Shown: positions 1 to 10,693, counted from the whole stretch's first letter. The stretch: DNA of 63,723 bases, filler included, from 5 parts of 5 records of this genome joined end to end with filler, not necessarily neighbours in it; one strand, 5' to 3'. Translations and numbers: made by a program. The notes: generated from the sequence alone by a model not told the origin.

Positions 1-962
1 TTGATCATCGACTGGCCGATCATGGCGCAGCCACCCATGCCACCAAAGAAACCGGTAATCACATTGGCCGTGCCCTGCGCGATACATTCCTGGCTGGCCC
101 CGCCCCGCTTGCCGGTAATCTCACCGACAAGGTTCAGCGTCAGCAGGCTCTCGATCAGGCCAATGGCGGCGAGAATGACCGCGTAAGGCAGGATGATCTT
201 GAAGGTTTCAAATGTCAGCGGCACGCTCGGGATATGGAAAGGCGGCAAGCCGCCCTCGATCGACGCCATGTCGCCAACGCGTGGCACATCCAGCCCGAAC
301 GCGATCACCACGCCCGCCACGATAGCGATACCTGCCAGTGGCGCAGGAATGATCTTGGTAAATTTCGGCAAGGCCCAGATGATCAGCATGGTGAGCGCAA
401 CCAGCGCCAGCATCAGCGCGAGCGGCCAGCCGCTCATCCATTCCCCGCCCGACATGCCGTGCCCGGAAACTTCTGCCGTGCCAGGCACCTGGAACTGGGT
501 CAGCTGCGCCATGAAGATCACAATGGCGAGACCGTTCACGAAGCCGAGCATCACGGGGTGCGGCACAAGGCGAATGAATTTGCCAAAGCGGAAGACCCCT
601 GCCGCAAGCTGCAGGATGCCCATCAGCACAACCGTCGCGAACAGGTATTCAACGCCATGCTGCGCAACGAGCGACACCATGACGACGGCGAGGGCCCCAG
701 TCGCCCCGGAAATCATGCCCGGCCGACCGCCGATCAATGCTGTTACCAGCCCGACGATGAAGGCCGCATACAGGCCCACCAGGGGGTGCACTCCCGCCAC
801 GAAGGCGAAGGCCACGGCCTCAGGCACAAGCGCCAGCGCCACGGTCAGGCCCGAAAGCAATTCAATCTTGATCCGGTCCGGAGTGAACTTGGAGAGATTG
901 GCCTGCGAGAAATTCTGCGCGCCGAGGCGATCCGCAAACGCTGCAAAAGACGATTTTACCAC
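1..962 (-). CDS. SulP/SLC26 family anion permease (3' end runs off window)
   Basis: Manual minus-strand translation from GTG at 962 gives [14 protein letters not shown]...[35 protein letters not shown]..., the SulP N-terminal signature. It is absent from the ORF track because there is no stop in the window. Confidence 0.9.
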   Translation of the reverse strand, partial: MVKSSFAAFADRLGAQNFSQANLSKFTPDRIKIELLSGLTVALALVPEAVAFAFVAGVHPLVGLYAAFIVGLVTALIGGRPGMISGATGALAVVMVSLVAQHGVEYLFATVVLMGILQLAAGVFRFGKFIRLVPHPVMLGFVNGLAIVIFMAQLTQFQVPGTAEVSGHGMSGGEWMSGWPLALMLALVALTMLIIWALPKFTKIIPAPLAGIAIVAGVVIAFGLDVPRVGDMASIEGGLPPFHIPSVPLTFETFKIILPYAVILAAIGLIESLLTLNLVGEITGKRGGASQECIAQGTANVITGFFGGMGGCAMIGQSMI

Positions 963-1091
963 GGGATGACACTCTTCATTGTGAGGGCAGGAAGATGTTT
1001 GCCGCCGTATGGCCATCTTCATGGCTTGGCGCAACCGCAGGCGTGAGAAAACCAATGCGTTTCCAGCCCCTGCCCGCACCTTGGGCGACTT

Positions 1092-1388
1092 TCAATTTCC
1101 GAAGAACAAACGCGAAAGCGCGCGGGAGATTTCGTACTCATATGCGAGCAAATCTCCCATCCGGCCTTCAAGACTGGATTTGCGAATTCCAGCCAGCAGA
1201 TGAACCCCGAGGATAAATCTGTCCCCGTTTAATACGACTTCCGGTGTGATGATCTCCATCGGCATGGCTGCGCCAGCGGGGTACAGCGGCGCAGCCAGCA
1301 CAATATCTCCCGTGTCCATGCCGGGATACTGCAAGATCACAACTGGTGGCTTGCCGTGACTCAAGCGATGAACGGCGAGACGCTCCAT
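1092..1388 (-). CDS. ccdB: CcdB-family toxin
   Basis: 98 aa with VVILQ..LAAPL..ITPEV and a C-terminal EISRALSRLFFGN resembling the CcdB terminal helix. It lies directly downstream of a CcdA-like gene. Confidence 0.75.
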   Translation of the reverse strand: MERLAVHRLSHGKPPVVILQYPGMDTGDIVLAAPLYPAGAAMPMEIITPEVVLNGDRFILGVHLLAGIRKSSLEGRMGDLLAYEYEISRALSRLFFGN

Positions 1389-1391
1389 TCG

Positions 1392-1802
1392 CTAGAGCGC
1401 CCGCAAATCATCGGACCATAGGCCTTCACACTCGACCAGCTTGTTCCAGCTGTCGACGGCCTCGCGGTTTTTCTCGTTCCATGCATCCATACGTGCCCGC
1501 TTCACGGCTTCTTCTACAGCCGTGCGGGCAATCGCATTGGGATCTAAGCCTAGCGCACGCGCCTCGGAGGCAAGCGCAGGCTCAAACGGAGTAGCCTCTT
1601 CGCTGACACCGCCGGAGATTCCGAGCAATTCCGCCGCTGTTACTTCGCCATCGGTCGCCGACTCAATACGCTTGGCTGCCTCTGTCGAAATTCCGCTTAA
1701 CCCACGCTCAATCCTCATTACCTGAGTATGAGACAGGCCCGCCCGCCGTCCGAATTCCACGAGCGAAAGTCCATTTCGTGATCGCCAATCAGAAAGTTGC
1801 AT
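1392..1802 (-). CDS. ccdA: Cro/XRE HTH fused to a CcdA-family antitoxin domain
   Basis: The N-terminus is a Cro-like HTH (LSLVEFGRRAGLSHTQVMRIERG...IESATDGEVTAAELL). The C-terminus EARALGLD...AWNEKNREAVDSWNKLVECEGLWSDDLRAL matches the CcdA pattern. Confidence 0.75.
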   Translation of the reverse strand: MQLSDWRSRNGLSLVEFGRRAGLSHTQVMRIERGLSGISTEAAKRIESATDGEVTAAELLGISGGVSEEATPFEPALASEARALGLDPNAIARTAVEEAVKRARMDAWNEKNREAVDSWNKLVECEGLWSDDLRAL

Positions 1803-1845
1803 GAAATGTTACTATCATAACTCTCCATGTTCCCGAAATGATCAA

Positions 1846-3231
1846 TCACCCCGGCGAGATCATCTTGGATGGGTCGACGATGTTGTCGAAATCGTCGCCC
1901 GGGATGCCGTCGGCGATGGCCTCCTCGCGAAGCGTCGTCCCGTTCTTGTGGGCCGTCTTGGCAATCTTGGCGGCGCGGTCATAGCCGTATTTTTCCTTCA
2001 GCGGCGTCACCAGCATCAGCGAGTTTTCGAGGCCGCGCTGAATATTGTCGAGGCGCGGCTCGATACCGACAACGCAGTTTTCAGTGAAGCTGATTGCGGC
2101 GTCGGCCAGCAGGCGGACAGACTGCAGGAAATTATAGGCCATCATCGGGTTGAACACGTTCAGCTCGAAGTGACCCTGAGACCCTGCGAAACCGATTGCG
2201 GCATTGTTGCCGTGAATGTGCGCGCAGACCTGTGTCAGCGCTTCACACTGGGTCGGGTTCACCTTGCCCGGCATGATGGAGCTGCCCGGTTCGTTTTCTG
2301 GCAGAGCCAGTTCGCCAAGGCCGGAACGCGGTCCGGACCCGAGGAAGCGGATGTCGTTCGCAATCTTGAAGCAGGACATGGCCACCGTGGTGATCGCGCC
2401 ATGCGTGAACACCATCGCGTCATGCGCGGCCAGCGCTTCGAACTTGTTCGGTGCCGTCGTGAATTTCAGGCCGGTGATCGCCGCGATCTTTTCAGCGACT
2501 TTCTCGGCGAACCCTACAGGCGAGGCGAGACCGGTGCCGACGGCCGTGCCGCCTTGTGCCAGTTCCATCAGCTTCGGCAGGGTCAGTTCGATCCGCTCGA
2601 TGCCATTCTGCAGCTGCTGGGCATAGCCGGAGAATTCCTGGCCGAGCGTGACCGGCGTGGCGTCCTGCGTGTGCGTGCGGCCAATCTTGATGATGTCGGC
2701 CCATTCCTTGGCTTTGGAATCGAGCGCATTGTGCAGAACCTGCAGCGCCGGGATCAGGCGGTGAACGACTTCCTCGGCGCAGGCGATGTGCATCGCTGTC
2801 GGGAATGTGTCGTTTGACGACTGGGACATGTTCACATGGTCATTCGGGTGAACCGGCTTCTTGGAGCCTTTTTCCCCGCCAAGGATCTCGATTGAGCGGT
2901 TTGAGATGACCTCATTCGAGTTCATGTTGGACTGGGTGCCCGACCCCGTCTGCCAGACAACCAGCGGGAAATGATCGTTCAGCTTGCCTTCGATCACTTC
3001 TTCGGCGGCCTGCACGATGACCTTGCCGAGGTCCGGATCCATCTTGCCGAGGTCCATGTTCGCTTCGGCAGCGGCCTTTTTCACGATGCCCAGCGCGCGG
3101 ATGATGGGCTCGGGCTGCTTTTCCCAGCCGATCTTGAAGTTTCCGAGGCTGCGCTGCGCCTGTGCGCCCCAATAGGCATCATCAGAAACTTCGATTGGGC
3201 CCATCGTGTCGGTTTCGGTCCGCGTCGTCAT
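1846..3231 (-). CDS. fumC: Class II fumarate hydratase
   Basis: Motifs [23 protein letters not shown] and [18 protein letters not shown]. Confidence 0.98.
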   Translation of the reverse strand: MTTRTETDTMGPIEVSDDAYWGAQAQRSLGNFKIGWEKQPEPIIRALGIVKKAAAEANMDLGKMDPDLGKVIVQAAEEVIEGKLNDHFPLVVWQTGSGTQSNMNSNEVISNRSIEILGGEKGSKKPVHPNDHVNMSQSSNDTFPTAMHIACAEEVVHRLIPALQVLHNALDSKAKEWADIIKIGRTHTQDATPVTLGQEFSGYAQQLQNGIERIELTLPKLMELAQGGTAVGTGLASPVGFAEKVAEKIAAITGLKFTTAPNKFEALAAHDAMVFTHGAITTVAMSCFKIANDIRFLGSGPRSGLGELALPENEPGSSIMPGKVNPTQCEALTQVCAHIHGNNAAIGFAGSQGHFELNVFNPMMAYNFLQSVRLLADAAISFTENCVVGIEPRLDNIQRGLENSLMLVTPLKEKYGYDRAAKIAKTAHKNGTTLREEAIADGIPGDDFDNIVDPSKMISPG

Positions 3232-3438
3232 GGTCTTGAATCCTCATGCGTGGAAAAGCTTTCGCGCCGGGTTTAGCCAAGTGGGCGCACATGACAAGGT
3301 GTTGCCGGTTTACTGGCCCTATACGCCGCAGCCGCCTGTCGGACTGCTGGCTTGCGCTCGTCCCCTCGCCGCGCCTAGATTACGCTTGTGCCGGGCCGCC
3401 TGACAGCCCCTCCCCTGCAAGCTGAGCCAGGATACATC

Positions 3439-3750
3439 TTGAATACCTTCGCCCACGCCCTGACCCAGCCGGAGACTCTCGTCCTGGTGGCACTCGCCTT
3501 CGGGCTCGGCTTCCTCGTGCGCGGTATCGGGAAGAACTCGACCTCGCCCCCAATCCTGACACAGGCACAGGTCGAAGATGCCCTCTCTCGCGTCACCAAG
3601 GCCCGCTGGGCCGAGATCGACCGCGCAATTGACGACCGCAAGAAGCTTCTGGCCATCAAACTGCTTCGCGAGCAAACCGGCCTCGGCCTGAAAGCCTCCA
3701 AGGAGGCCATCGAGGCCCGCATGCAATCCCGCCACCGGATGCGCGGATGA
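3439..3750 (+). CDS. Small membrane protein with a ribosomal L7/L12 C-terminal-like domain
   Basis: One TM helix followed by KLLAIKLLREQTGLGLKASKEAIE. Likely start is TTG 3439 after CCAGGA; the ORF track opens at 3388. Confidence 0.65.
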   Translation: MNTFAHALTQPETLVLVALAFGLGFLVRGIGKNSTSPPILTQAQVEDALSRVTKARWAEIDRAIDDRKKLLAIKLLREQTGLGLKASKEAIEARMQSRHRMRG

Positions 3751-4109
3751 GCCTGTCGGACTGGACCAGCGCCGGAAAGGTGCGCGCGCGCATCACCGAT
3801 GAAGGCGCGCTCGAAGTGCGTTGCACGGGCCTGACGACGCAAACCAAATATTACAAGACGCTGCTGAAAGAGTTCTTCCGCAAGGACTTCCCGCCCCTTC
3901 GCCCCGGCTACGGCGATTATTCCGTGCACATCATGATGGAGTATACGGGCGACGCGCCCTGGATGGATCTCGACAATCTCGCCAAGGCCCTGCTCGACAG
4001 TTTGACGGGCAATGTCTTCGAGGACGACCACCAGGTCGCCCGCCTTCTGGTAGAGCGCCGCGTGGGAGAACGCGAAGGCATCTGGCTGAAAGCCGAGGCG
4101 ATGGACTAG
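3747..4109 (+). CDS. RusA-family Holliday junction resolvase-like protein
   Basis: DLDNLAKALLDSL...FEDDHQV catalytic motif; ATGA overlap with the upstream gene. Confidence 0.8.
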   Translation: MSLSDWTSAGKVRARITDEGALEVRCTGLTTQTKYYKTLLKEFFRKDFPPLRPGYGDYSVHIMMEYTGDAPWMDLDNLAKALLDSLTGNVFEDDHQVARLLVERRVGEREGIWLKAEAMD

Positions 4110-4621
4110 AACGGGTTCAGCGTGTACCCGTCCTGCTGCAATTGCGCGTGAGCCGTCATGGCTGACAGCGACATTTCAACGCCCGGCAACAAGTCGGCTT
4201 TCGTGACATCGCGATAGGCCGCCGTCTGGCCGCACAGAATAATGCGCACCCGGTTCTTCAGCAGCGCAGCGATCAGTGGCGCGGAGGCATTGTCCTCACG
4301 CTTCAGCAAGTCAGCATAGGCCCCGCCATGCACCACAACCGCCAGCTGGATATTGCTGGCCGGAATGCCAACCGCTTCATGCATGTTCAGGAAACGCGCG
4401 GCGCTCTCCAGCGTGCGGTTCACCTTGCCGGGTTCAGCCGCGGCGGCCGTATCGAAGGCGATCTTGAAGACGGCGTCCTTGTTCAGGCGTTCCGCGTCCG
4501 GCACGGCGGCGACCTTGCCATAGGTCGGAATAGCCGGGCCTGGCTTGAAATCTTCCGGGCCGGCAAGCGCTGGTAAACTGAGTGAACTGGCCGCGAAGGC
4601 ACAGGCGAGCAGTCGGATCAT
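4106..4621 (-). CDS. DsrE-family exported protein
   Basis: Signal peptide; AVVVHGG and IILCGQT...SAMTAHAQLQQDGY motifs. Confidence 0.8.
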   Translation of the reverse strand: MIRLLACAFAASSLSLPALAGPEDFKPGPAIPTYGKVAAVPDAERLNKDAVFKIAFDTAAAAEPGKVNRTLESAARFLNMHEAVGIPASNIQLAVVVHGGAYADLLKREDNASAPLIAALLKNRVRIILCGQTAAYRDVTKADLLPGVEMSLSAMTAHAQLQQDGYTLNPF

Positions 4622-4739
4622 GGGGCAACCTCCTCTGAGCCCGGGCAGATTAGGCTGCGGCGCGGGCGGCGTCGAGATGCGTCTCGCTTACGGGTTTCCC
4701 CCTAGTTCCCCGTTGTACAGCCATTGGTAGGACAACGCC

Positions 4740-6089
4740 ATGAAACAGGCATGGATCCCCTTCGCGTCGCGCCCTGTCCCGCGCTATACCAGCTATCCGA
4801 CCGCCGCAGACTTTGCGCCGGATGTCTCGGAACCGGATGCCCGCCTCTGGGCCAGCGCGACGATCCCTGACAAGCCGGTCTCGGTCTATATCCACGTGCC
4901 TTTCTGCGAGAAGCTCTGCTTCTATTGCGGGTGCGCGACCAGCGTGCCGAACGGCTATTCCCGGATTGCATCCTATCTGGAAACGCTGCACCGCGAGATT
5001 GACCTGTGGGCCGCAGCGCTCGGAGACCATGCGGGCATGGCGCATCTCCATTTCGGGGGCGGCTCGCCCAATGCGCTGTCGGCAGAGGATTTCAAGGATC
5101 TGGTTGCCCACGCTGCCCGCGCCTTCCATTTGCGGCCCGATGCCGAAATCGCGGTGGAGATCGACCCGCGCAGCCTGTCGCCAGATTTCATTCACGCAAT
5201 GGCCGTGTCCGGCGTCAATCGCGTCAGCTTCGGCGTCCAGACCCTGTCCCCTACCGTCCAGCAGGCCGTGGGGCGCATCCAGCCGAAGATCCTGCTCAGC
5301 GAAGGCATCGACCGCCTGCATGATGCCGGCATTCGGGCAATCAACATGGATTTGATGTACGGCTTGCCACACCAGACCGTGGCCGATGTTGAAGATGCCG
5401 CGCACTTCGCCGCAGAGATGGGCGCGGCCCGCATATCCCTGTTTGGCTATGCGCATGTCCCGTGGTTTGCAAAACACCAGAAGGCCATCGACGAGGACGC
5501 CCTGCCCGGCCTTGAGGCACGGTTCGAACAGGCCGAGGCAGGTGCACACACGCTGGAACTGGCAGGCTATCACGCCATCGGACTGGACCATTTCGCCCGT
5601 GCAGATGACTCGCTTGCCGTTGCTGCGCGCGCCGGAACCCTGCATCGAAACTTCCAGGGCTACACGGATGACCCGTGCGACACGCTGATTGGTATCGGCA
5701 GCACAGCAATTTCCCAGTTTTCAGAAGGGTACGCCCAGAACTTCAAGGATCGCCCAAACTGGCAAGCCGCCATCAATGATGGTCGCCTGCCGGTTGAGCG
5801 CGGCGTGGCCTTCACCGACGATGACAGGCTGCGTTCACGCGCGATCGAGCGGCTGATGTGTGATTTGGAAGTGGATGTGGACGCCGTCTGCGACGAGATG
5901 CAGGCCCCTCGCGGCAGTCTCGCCGATGCGCTGGAGACCGCCCGCTTCCTGCAGTCTGCGGGCCTTTGCGAGTTGAACGGCAAAACGATCCGTGTTCCGA
6001 CTGAGGCCCGCCTCTTCCTGCGCACAGTCGCGCAAAGCCTTGATGGTCGCTACAAACCCGCCGCCCAACGCCACGCCAAGGCGGTCTGA
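4740..6089 (+). CDS. hemN: Oxygen-independent coproporphyrinogen III oxidase (radical SAM)
   Basis: PRYTSYPTA, YIHVPFCEKLCFYCGC, IGLDHFA and RNFQGY. Confidence 0.96.
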   Translation: MKQAWIPFASRPVPRYTSYPTAADFAPDVSEPDARLWASATIPDKPVSVYIHVPFCEKLCFYCGCATSVPNGYSRIASYLETLHREIDLWAAALGDHAGMAHLHFGGGSPNALSAEDFKDLVAHAARAFHLRPDAEIAVEIDPRSLSPDFIHAMAVSGVNRVSFGVQTLSPTVQQAVGRIQPKILLSEGIDRLHDAGIRAINMDLMYGLPHQTVADVEDAAHFAAEMGAARISLFGYAHVPWFAKHQKAIDEDALPGLEARFEQAEAGAHTLELAGYHAIGLDHFARADDSLAVAARAGTLHRNFQGYTDDPCDTLIGIGSTAISQFSEGYAQNFKDRPNWQAAINDGRLPVERGVAFTDDDRLRSRAIERLMCDLEVDVDAVCDEMQAPRGSLADALETARFLQSAGLCELNGKTIRVPTEARLFLRTVAQSLDGRYKPAAQRHAKAV

Positions 6090-6175
6090 TCCAGCGCATC
6101 AAAGCAACCGGCGTCATTTGCAGACAAGTGAACTGGTGATACACGCAGGCTCAACAATCCGGAGCGTGACTTCCC

Positions 6176-6373
6176 ATGGCTGAATTCCTCGTCCTGCATC
6201 AGAAGAACAATGACAAGGTGCGCGTGGTGAACATTGAACATGTGCGCATGCTGCGTCCGCATGACGAATCCGGCACATGGCTGGAATTTGGAGGCGACAG
6301 CGAGTTCTCCAGCCTCCTGGTTCGCGAGGATCTGGCCAGCCTGATGTCCTATCTGGAAGCCGAACACGTTTAG
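6176..6373 (+). CDS. Small hypothetical protein (65 aa)
   Basis: GGAG RBS upstream, fills the intergenic gap, protein-like composition. Confidence 0.6.
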   Translation: MAEFLVLHQKNNDKVRVVNIEHVRMLRPHDESGTWLEFGGDSEFSSLLVREDLASLMSYLEAEHV

Positions 6374-6394
6374 CCCGGGAGGGCTGGATGGTGC

Positions 6395-7237
6395 CTAGCT
6401 GCCAAGCGCCCGCGCATGGTGGGCAATATGCTCGTCCATATAGGTCGCGATGAAGTAATAGTCGTGGCCATACCCATCGCGCAGATTGTAATCCAGCCGC
6501 TGGCCATGCTTTGCGCAGGCTTCGGTAAAGATCTCAGGCTTCAGTTCCCGCTCAAGGAAAGTATCTGCCGTACCCGTATCAACCAGGATTGTCGCCTTTG
6601 TCTGACGTTCCTTGACAAGCTCAGTCGCGTCATACTGCTCCCATGCAACCGAAGGCGCGCCGAGATAGGCGCCGAATGCCTTCTGGCCCCATGGCACCTG
6701 CGCCGGGCTGGTGATCGGACTGAACGCTGAGCAGGATTTGTAAACATCCGGATGTTTCAGGTGCAGCGTGATCGCGCCATGACCGCCCATAGAGTGGCCG
6801 AAGATCCCCTGCCGGCTCATATCCGCATAAGGGAAATTCTCCGCGATCACCTTCGGCAGTTCCTCGGTGATGTACTCGTCCATCTTGTAGTGCTTCGCCC
6901 ACGGCTCCTGCGTCGCCGTCAGGTAAAATCCTGCGCCCTGCCCCAGATCATAGGCCTCATCATCCGGCACATGCTCGCCGCGCGGGCTGGTGTCCGGCGC
7001 GATGATCATGATGCCATGCTTGGAGGCCGCACGCTGCAACCCGGACTTCTCCATCACATTGGCCCAGGTACAGGTCAGGCCCGACAGATACCACAGCACG
7101 GGCACCTTCTCGGGGTTCGCCTGCGAGGGGGTGTAGACCGCAAACCGCATCGTGCAGTTCTGCAAGGCGCTTTCATGATCATGGACAGACAGCGTGCCGC
7201 CAAAGGATTGCCACGAAGAAACTTCAGTTGGTTGCAC
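6395..7237 (-). CDS. fghA: S-formylglutathione hydrolase
   Basis: YLSGLTCT, APDTSPRG, GHSMGGHGA and GYGHDYYFI. Confidence 0.96.
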   Translation of the reverse strand: MQPTEVSSWQSFGGTLSVHDHESALQNCTMRFAVYTPSQANPEKVPVLWYLSGLTCTWANVMEKSGLQRAASKHGIMIIAPDTSPRGEHVPDDEAYDLGQGAGFYLTATQEPWAKHYKMDEYITEELPKVIAENFPYADMSRQGIFGHSMGGHGAITLHLKHPDVYKSCSAFSPITSPAQVPWGQKAFGAYLGAPSVAWEQYDATELVKERQTKATILVDTGTADTFLERELKPEIFTEACAKHGQRLDYNLRDGYGHDYYFIATYMDEHIAHHARALGS

Positions 7238-7532
7238 GCCATGATCCTTTTCGGTTTTGCTTTGGTGGCCGCCGCCCCTCGAGGTTCAGCACCCTTTTGG
7301 GCCTCGAATACGCCACTCCACGCATGTTGGCGATAGTGGCGCAAAGACCCCGCCAAGTAAAACGAAGACAACCGGAAAAAAACAGGCTCAACTCGCTGAA
7401 ACCGCGAAACTTGGGATTCCCTTCGACTTCGCCTCTGGTACAAGGAAACCATCATCACAGGTCGCACCGGTCTTGATTCCGAAAACACCGGGGATACGGC
7501 CGCACAAGACATGCACGCTTAAGGGGACAAGT

Positions 7533-9149
7533 ATGATCCGGATTTTGCTGACTCTTTTGGGGGTTGTGACGGCGTTTGCCGCGAGTGCACAGGCACAGAC
7601 CGTTCAGCGGGACTGGACGCCCTATGAGCAGAACAAGCAATGCATGATTTCCGAGAATTTTTACAATACAACTTATCGAAGTGATGGGACGAAATACTGG
7701 TTCATCCCGGATAATTCGATGGCGACGATAATCCTGAAGTGGCATGTCACCGGCGACCAGTTCCTTAACGAAATGGAATACGTGTCCCGCAAGAGTTTTG
7801 CGGCGTGCTTCAATGGTGAGCGCGAATGTGGACTGCCGCTGAATTATAATATCGCGAATGAGCTCAGCCAGTTCGACGTGCCGGAAAATGGCGTCTCCAC
7901 GGCCTATTTCAAGAACCCGCCGCCGGCGAGCGCCGTGCGCAACGCGATGGCGGTCGTCGGCGATTGTTTCGGTTCCGCCGGCGAGGGCATCTATCTCGAT
8001 GAGGTCGAGCTGACCGAAACGGACCTGCCGATCGATATCTGTTTTCGCGCCGGACAGACGATGTTTTACCGCGGAGAAAATTACCGCAGCGAGGCGCCGC
8101 CGATGACCGACGCCCAGATCGCCAGATACAGGGAATGGGGCATGCTCGCCTACTACCTGATCAATCAGGTGCGCAACAAGCCTGATGAAGGGGCGACGCG
8201 ATGCGGCGTTGCACCCATCGAGCTGATACCCACCTTCATGCAGTATTATGACGACAACAATTATGCCGCCCTTGAAGAGCCCGTGCAGATCGCGGCACGG
8301 GAAGCAGAGGCTGCTGCAGCGGCGCAGGCTGCCGCCGAGAAGCAGGCCCGCGAGGACGAATATCTGCGAAAGTCCAAGCGCGAGCGCCTTCTGGCCCGCA
8401 ACGATTATCAGCGTTTCGGCACGCTCGATGGTTGCCAGATCGCCTATTCCTACGTCTTTGGCGGTATCAATCGGGACAAGATGAGTTTCATCGTCGATCC
8501 GGTGCCGGACAGCGGCATCAGCTGGGCCCTGCAATTCGAGAAGACACAAGCCGCCGGACAGGCATGCCCGGCCATGCCGCAGGAGCTGGGCGACTGGGTC
8601 GCGAAGCAGGACCCGAAACTGTTCGAGGCCTATGGGGCCGAGGAGGAATTCCGGAACAACAAGCCGAACATCTGGAACGAGAATGACTGGAAGGCCTTTG
8701 TTGAACGCTGGATGTGGCGCGACCAGACCTTCGCCGAAACCTATGTTCAGGGCGGGAATTGCCAGGCGGCGATCTGGTATTCGCGCAACATTGCCCATGA
8801 CTGGAGCAAGTTCAGTCAGGCTGAAGAGGATTTCGTCGGTCTCGCCAGAGTCTTCGACCGTTGGGGCGCCCCTGACAAAGCCTTGTGCGCGGCGATCCCG
8901 CCGGATGTGCTGCCACTGGCCCGCAAGACCTGGGAACGTCACTACAATCAGGTGATGCGTGAGAAAGCCCGGCAACAGGCCGAGTGGGACGCCGCCAATC
9001 GCCGGGAAGCCGCGCGCCGTGCCGAAATCGACGCCGCCTATGACGAGCTGCTGAACTGGAAGCCGCCCTATCAGAAGCAGTCCGAATTGCGCTGCTACAA
9101 TGTTGAAGAGACGAAATATGGCACGCGTCAAAGGTGCTTCAGCGACTAG
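7533..9149 (+). CDS. Secreted hypothetical protein with repeated Cys-pair modules
   Basis: ATG 7533 after AAGGGG gives signal peptide MIRILLTLLGVVTAFAASAQA, followed by a long open frame. No family recognised. Confidence 0.75.
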   Translation: MIRILLTLLGVVTAFAASAQAQTVQRDWTPYEQNKQCMISENFYNTTYRSDGTKYWFIPDNSMATIILKWHVTGDQFLNEMEYVSRKSFAACFNGERECGLPLNYNIANELSQFDVPENGVSTAYFKNPPPASAVRNAMAVVGDCFGSAGEGIYLDEVELTETDLPIDICFRAGQTMFYRGENYRSEAPPMTDAQIARYREWGMLAYYLINQVRNKPDEGATRCGVAPIELIPTFMQYYDDNNYAALEEPVQIAAREAEAAAAAQAAAEKQAREDEYLRKSKRERLLARNDYQRFGTLDGCQIAYSYVFGGINRDKMSFIVDPVPDSGISWALQFEKTQAAGQACPAMPQELGDWVAKQDPKLFEAYGAEEEFRNNKPNIWNENDWKAFVERWMWRDQTFAETYVQGGNCQAAIWYSRNIAHDWSKFSQAEEDFVGLARVFDRWGAPDKALCAAIPPDVLPLARKTWERHYNQVMREKARQQAEWDAANRREAARRAEIDAAYDELLNWKPPYQKQSELRCYNVEETKYGTRQRCFSD

Positions 9150-9208
9150 GCGTGACCTTCCTTCAGCAGACTGCACAACATCGACTACACAGGAACGAAA
9201 ACCGTATC

Positions 9209-10303
9209 ATGCCAGGCTACACACTCTACGGCGCCGAAGTCAGCTATTTCACCGGCAAGGCGCGCGCCTATCTCGACTGGCGCGGCGTGGATTATGTCGA
9301 GGAGCTGGCGACGCAACAGGTCTACCGCGACATCATCCTGCCCTCGGTTGGCTGGCCGGTCATTCCGGTGATGAAGACGCCGAGCGGAGAGATCGTGCAG
9401 GATACCGCCGACATCATCGCCCATGTCGAGGCGGCGGAAGGGCTCTCCCCTCCCGCAATTCCGGACACGCCGGTTCAGGCTTTCGTCGCGCAGCTGCTGC
9501 AGCTCTATGCAGATGAGTGGCTCGTCCTGCCGGCAATGCACTATCGCTGGAACTACAATGAAGACTGGGCCTATCAGGAGTTTGGCGCGATCTCTGCGCC
9601 GGACCGCCCGGCGCCGGAACAATATGACATCGGCAAGCGCAATGGAGAACGCTTCAAGGGCGCGTTGCCGCCGCTTGGCGTTTCCCCGACCACTGCGCCG
9701 GCGATCGAGCGCAGCTATGAAGCGTTCTTGCGGGAATTCTCGACCCATTTGGAAGTGCACCCCTATGCGCTGGGGGGGCGTGCCACGCTGGCGGACTTTG
9801 CGCTCTATGGCCCGCTCTATGCTCACCTCTATCGTGACCCGACATCCGGCGACCTGATGAAGCGCTACGCGCCGAAAGTTGCCGACTGGGTGGAGCGTGT
9901 AAAGGCAGGTTCTCCGTCTGAGGGCGAGTTGCTGCCCAATGACGAAATTCCGCTGACACTGGTGCCGATCCTTGCCCGCCAGATGCGGGAACAATTCCCC
10001 GCCCTCCACCAGACGGCGGAACTGTTCGGCGCCTGGGCCGAGACCGCCTCCCCCGGCACGCATGTGCCGCGTGCAGTCGGGCAAATCGAGATTGATATCG
10101 AAGACACTCAGGGCCCGGCGGCGGCGCGCACTTTCCCGCTCTGGCGGTTGCAGGCTGCACTGGACGCATACTCCGCCCTGGAGGGCGACGCGCTAGCCCG
10201 CGCGGATGATCTTCTGGAGCGTATTCGCGGCAGCGCGCTGAAGGAATTCAGCCTGCCTGCGCGCCTTGCGCGGATGGATTACCGGATCGCCTTGGCCGCT
10301 TAA
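9209..10303 (+). CDS. Glutathione S-transferase family protein
   Basis: SYFTGKARAYL, IPVM..QDT, ADEWL..PAMHYRW and LGGRATLADFALYGPLYAHL. Confidence 0.88.
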   Translation: MPGYTLYGAEVSYFTGKARAYLDWRGVDYVEELATQQVYRDIILPSVGWPVIPVMKTPSGEIVQDTADIIAHVEAAEGLSPPAIPDTPVQAFVAQLLQLYADEWLVLPAMHYRWNYNEDWAYQEFGAISAPDRPAPEQYDIGKRNGERFKGALPPLGVSPTTAPAIERSYEAFLREFSTHLEVHPYALGGRATLADFALYGPLYAHLYRDPTSGDLMKRYAPKVADWVERVKAGSPSEGELLPNDEIPLTLVPILARQMREQFPALHQTAELFGAWAETASPGTHVPRAVGQIEIDIEDTQGPAAARTFPLWRLQAALDAYSALEGDALARADDLLERIRGSALKEFSLPARLARMDYRIALAA

Positions 10304-10620
10304 TGGATGGTGGCGTTGCCGATGTCGTCTTCGTCGTCATCCTCGTCGACCATGTCAGCATATGACGTAAACTGAACATCATAGCCGAATGGCTGGTCCT
10401 CGGCGGCGATCTCCGGCTCGGTCTGGTAGACTTGGAGTTCGCCATCGACCTTGAAGCCCAGCCGCTTGCCGATCTGGACGATCATGTCGGCCGCCTGTTC
10501 GGCATCCTCGGCCCAGACTTTCATGCCCATGATGCATGCGCCAATCTCCGTGCCGTAATTCTCGTTCGGCTCGAACACATGTCCGTCAGCGATCAGCGTG
10601 AAATGCGTAAACTCTGTCAT
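10300..10620 (-). CDS. Acidic hypothetical protein
   Basis: Likely start MTEFTHF at 10620; coherent composition, ends NATIH. Confidence 0.65.
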   Translation of the reverse strand: MTEFTHFTLIADGHVFEPNENYGTEIGACIMGMKVWAEDAEQAADMIVQIGKRLGFKVDGELQVYQTEPEIAAEDQPFGYDVQFTSYADMVDEDDDEDDIGNATIH

Positions 10621-10693
10621 GCGCAGACCATGCCGCGATTTGAACCGCAAGGCGAGGCCCGCAGATTGATTTTCCATCCTGCGGGCTGGGGCC

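Noticed and set aside
193-969. 258-aa plus-strand ORF
   Set aside because: It is the antisense shadow of the SulP gene.
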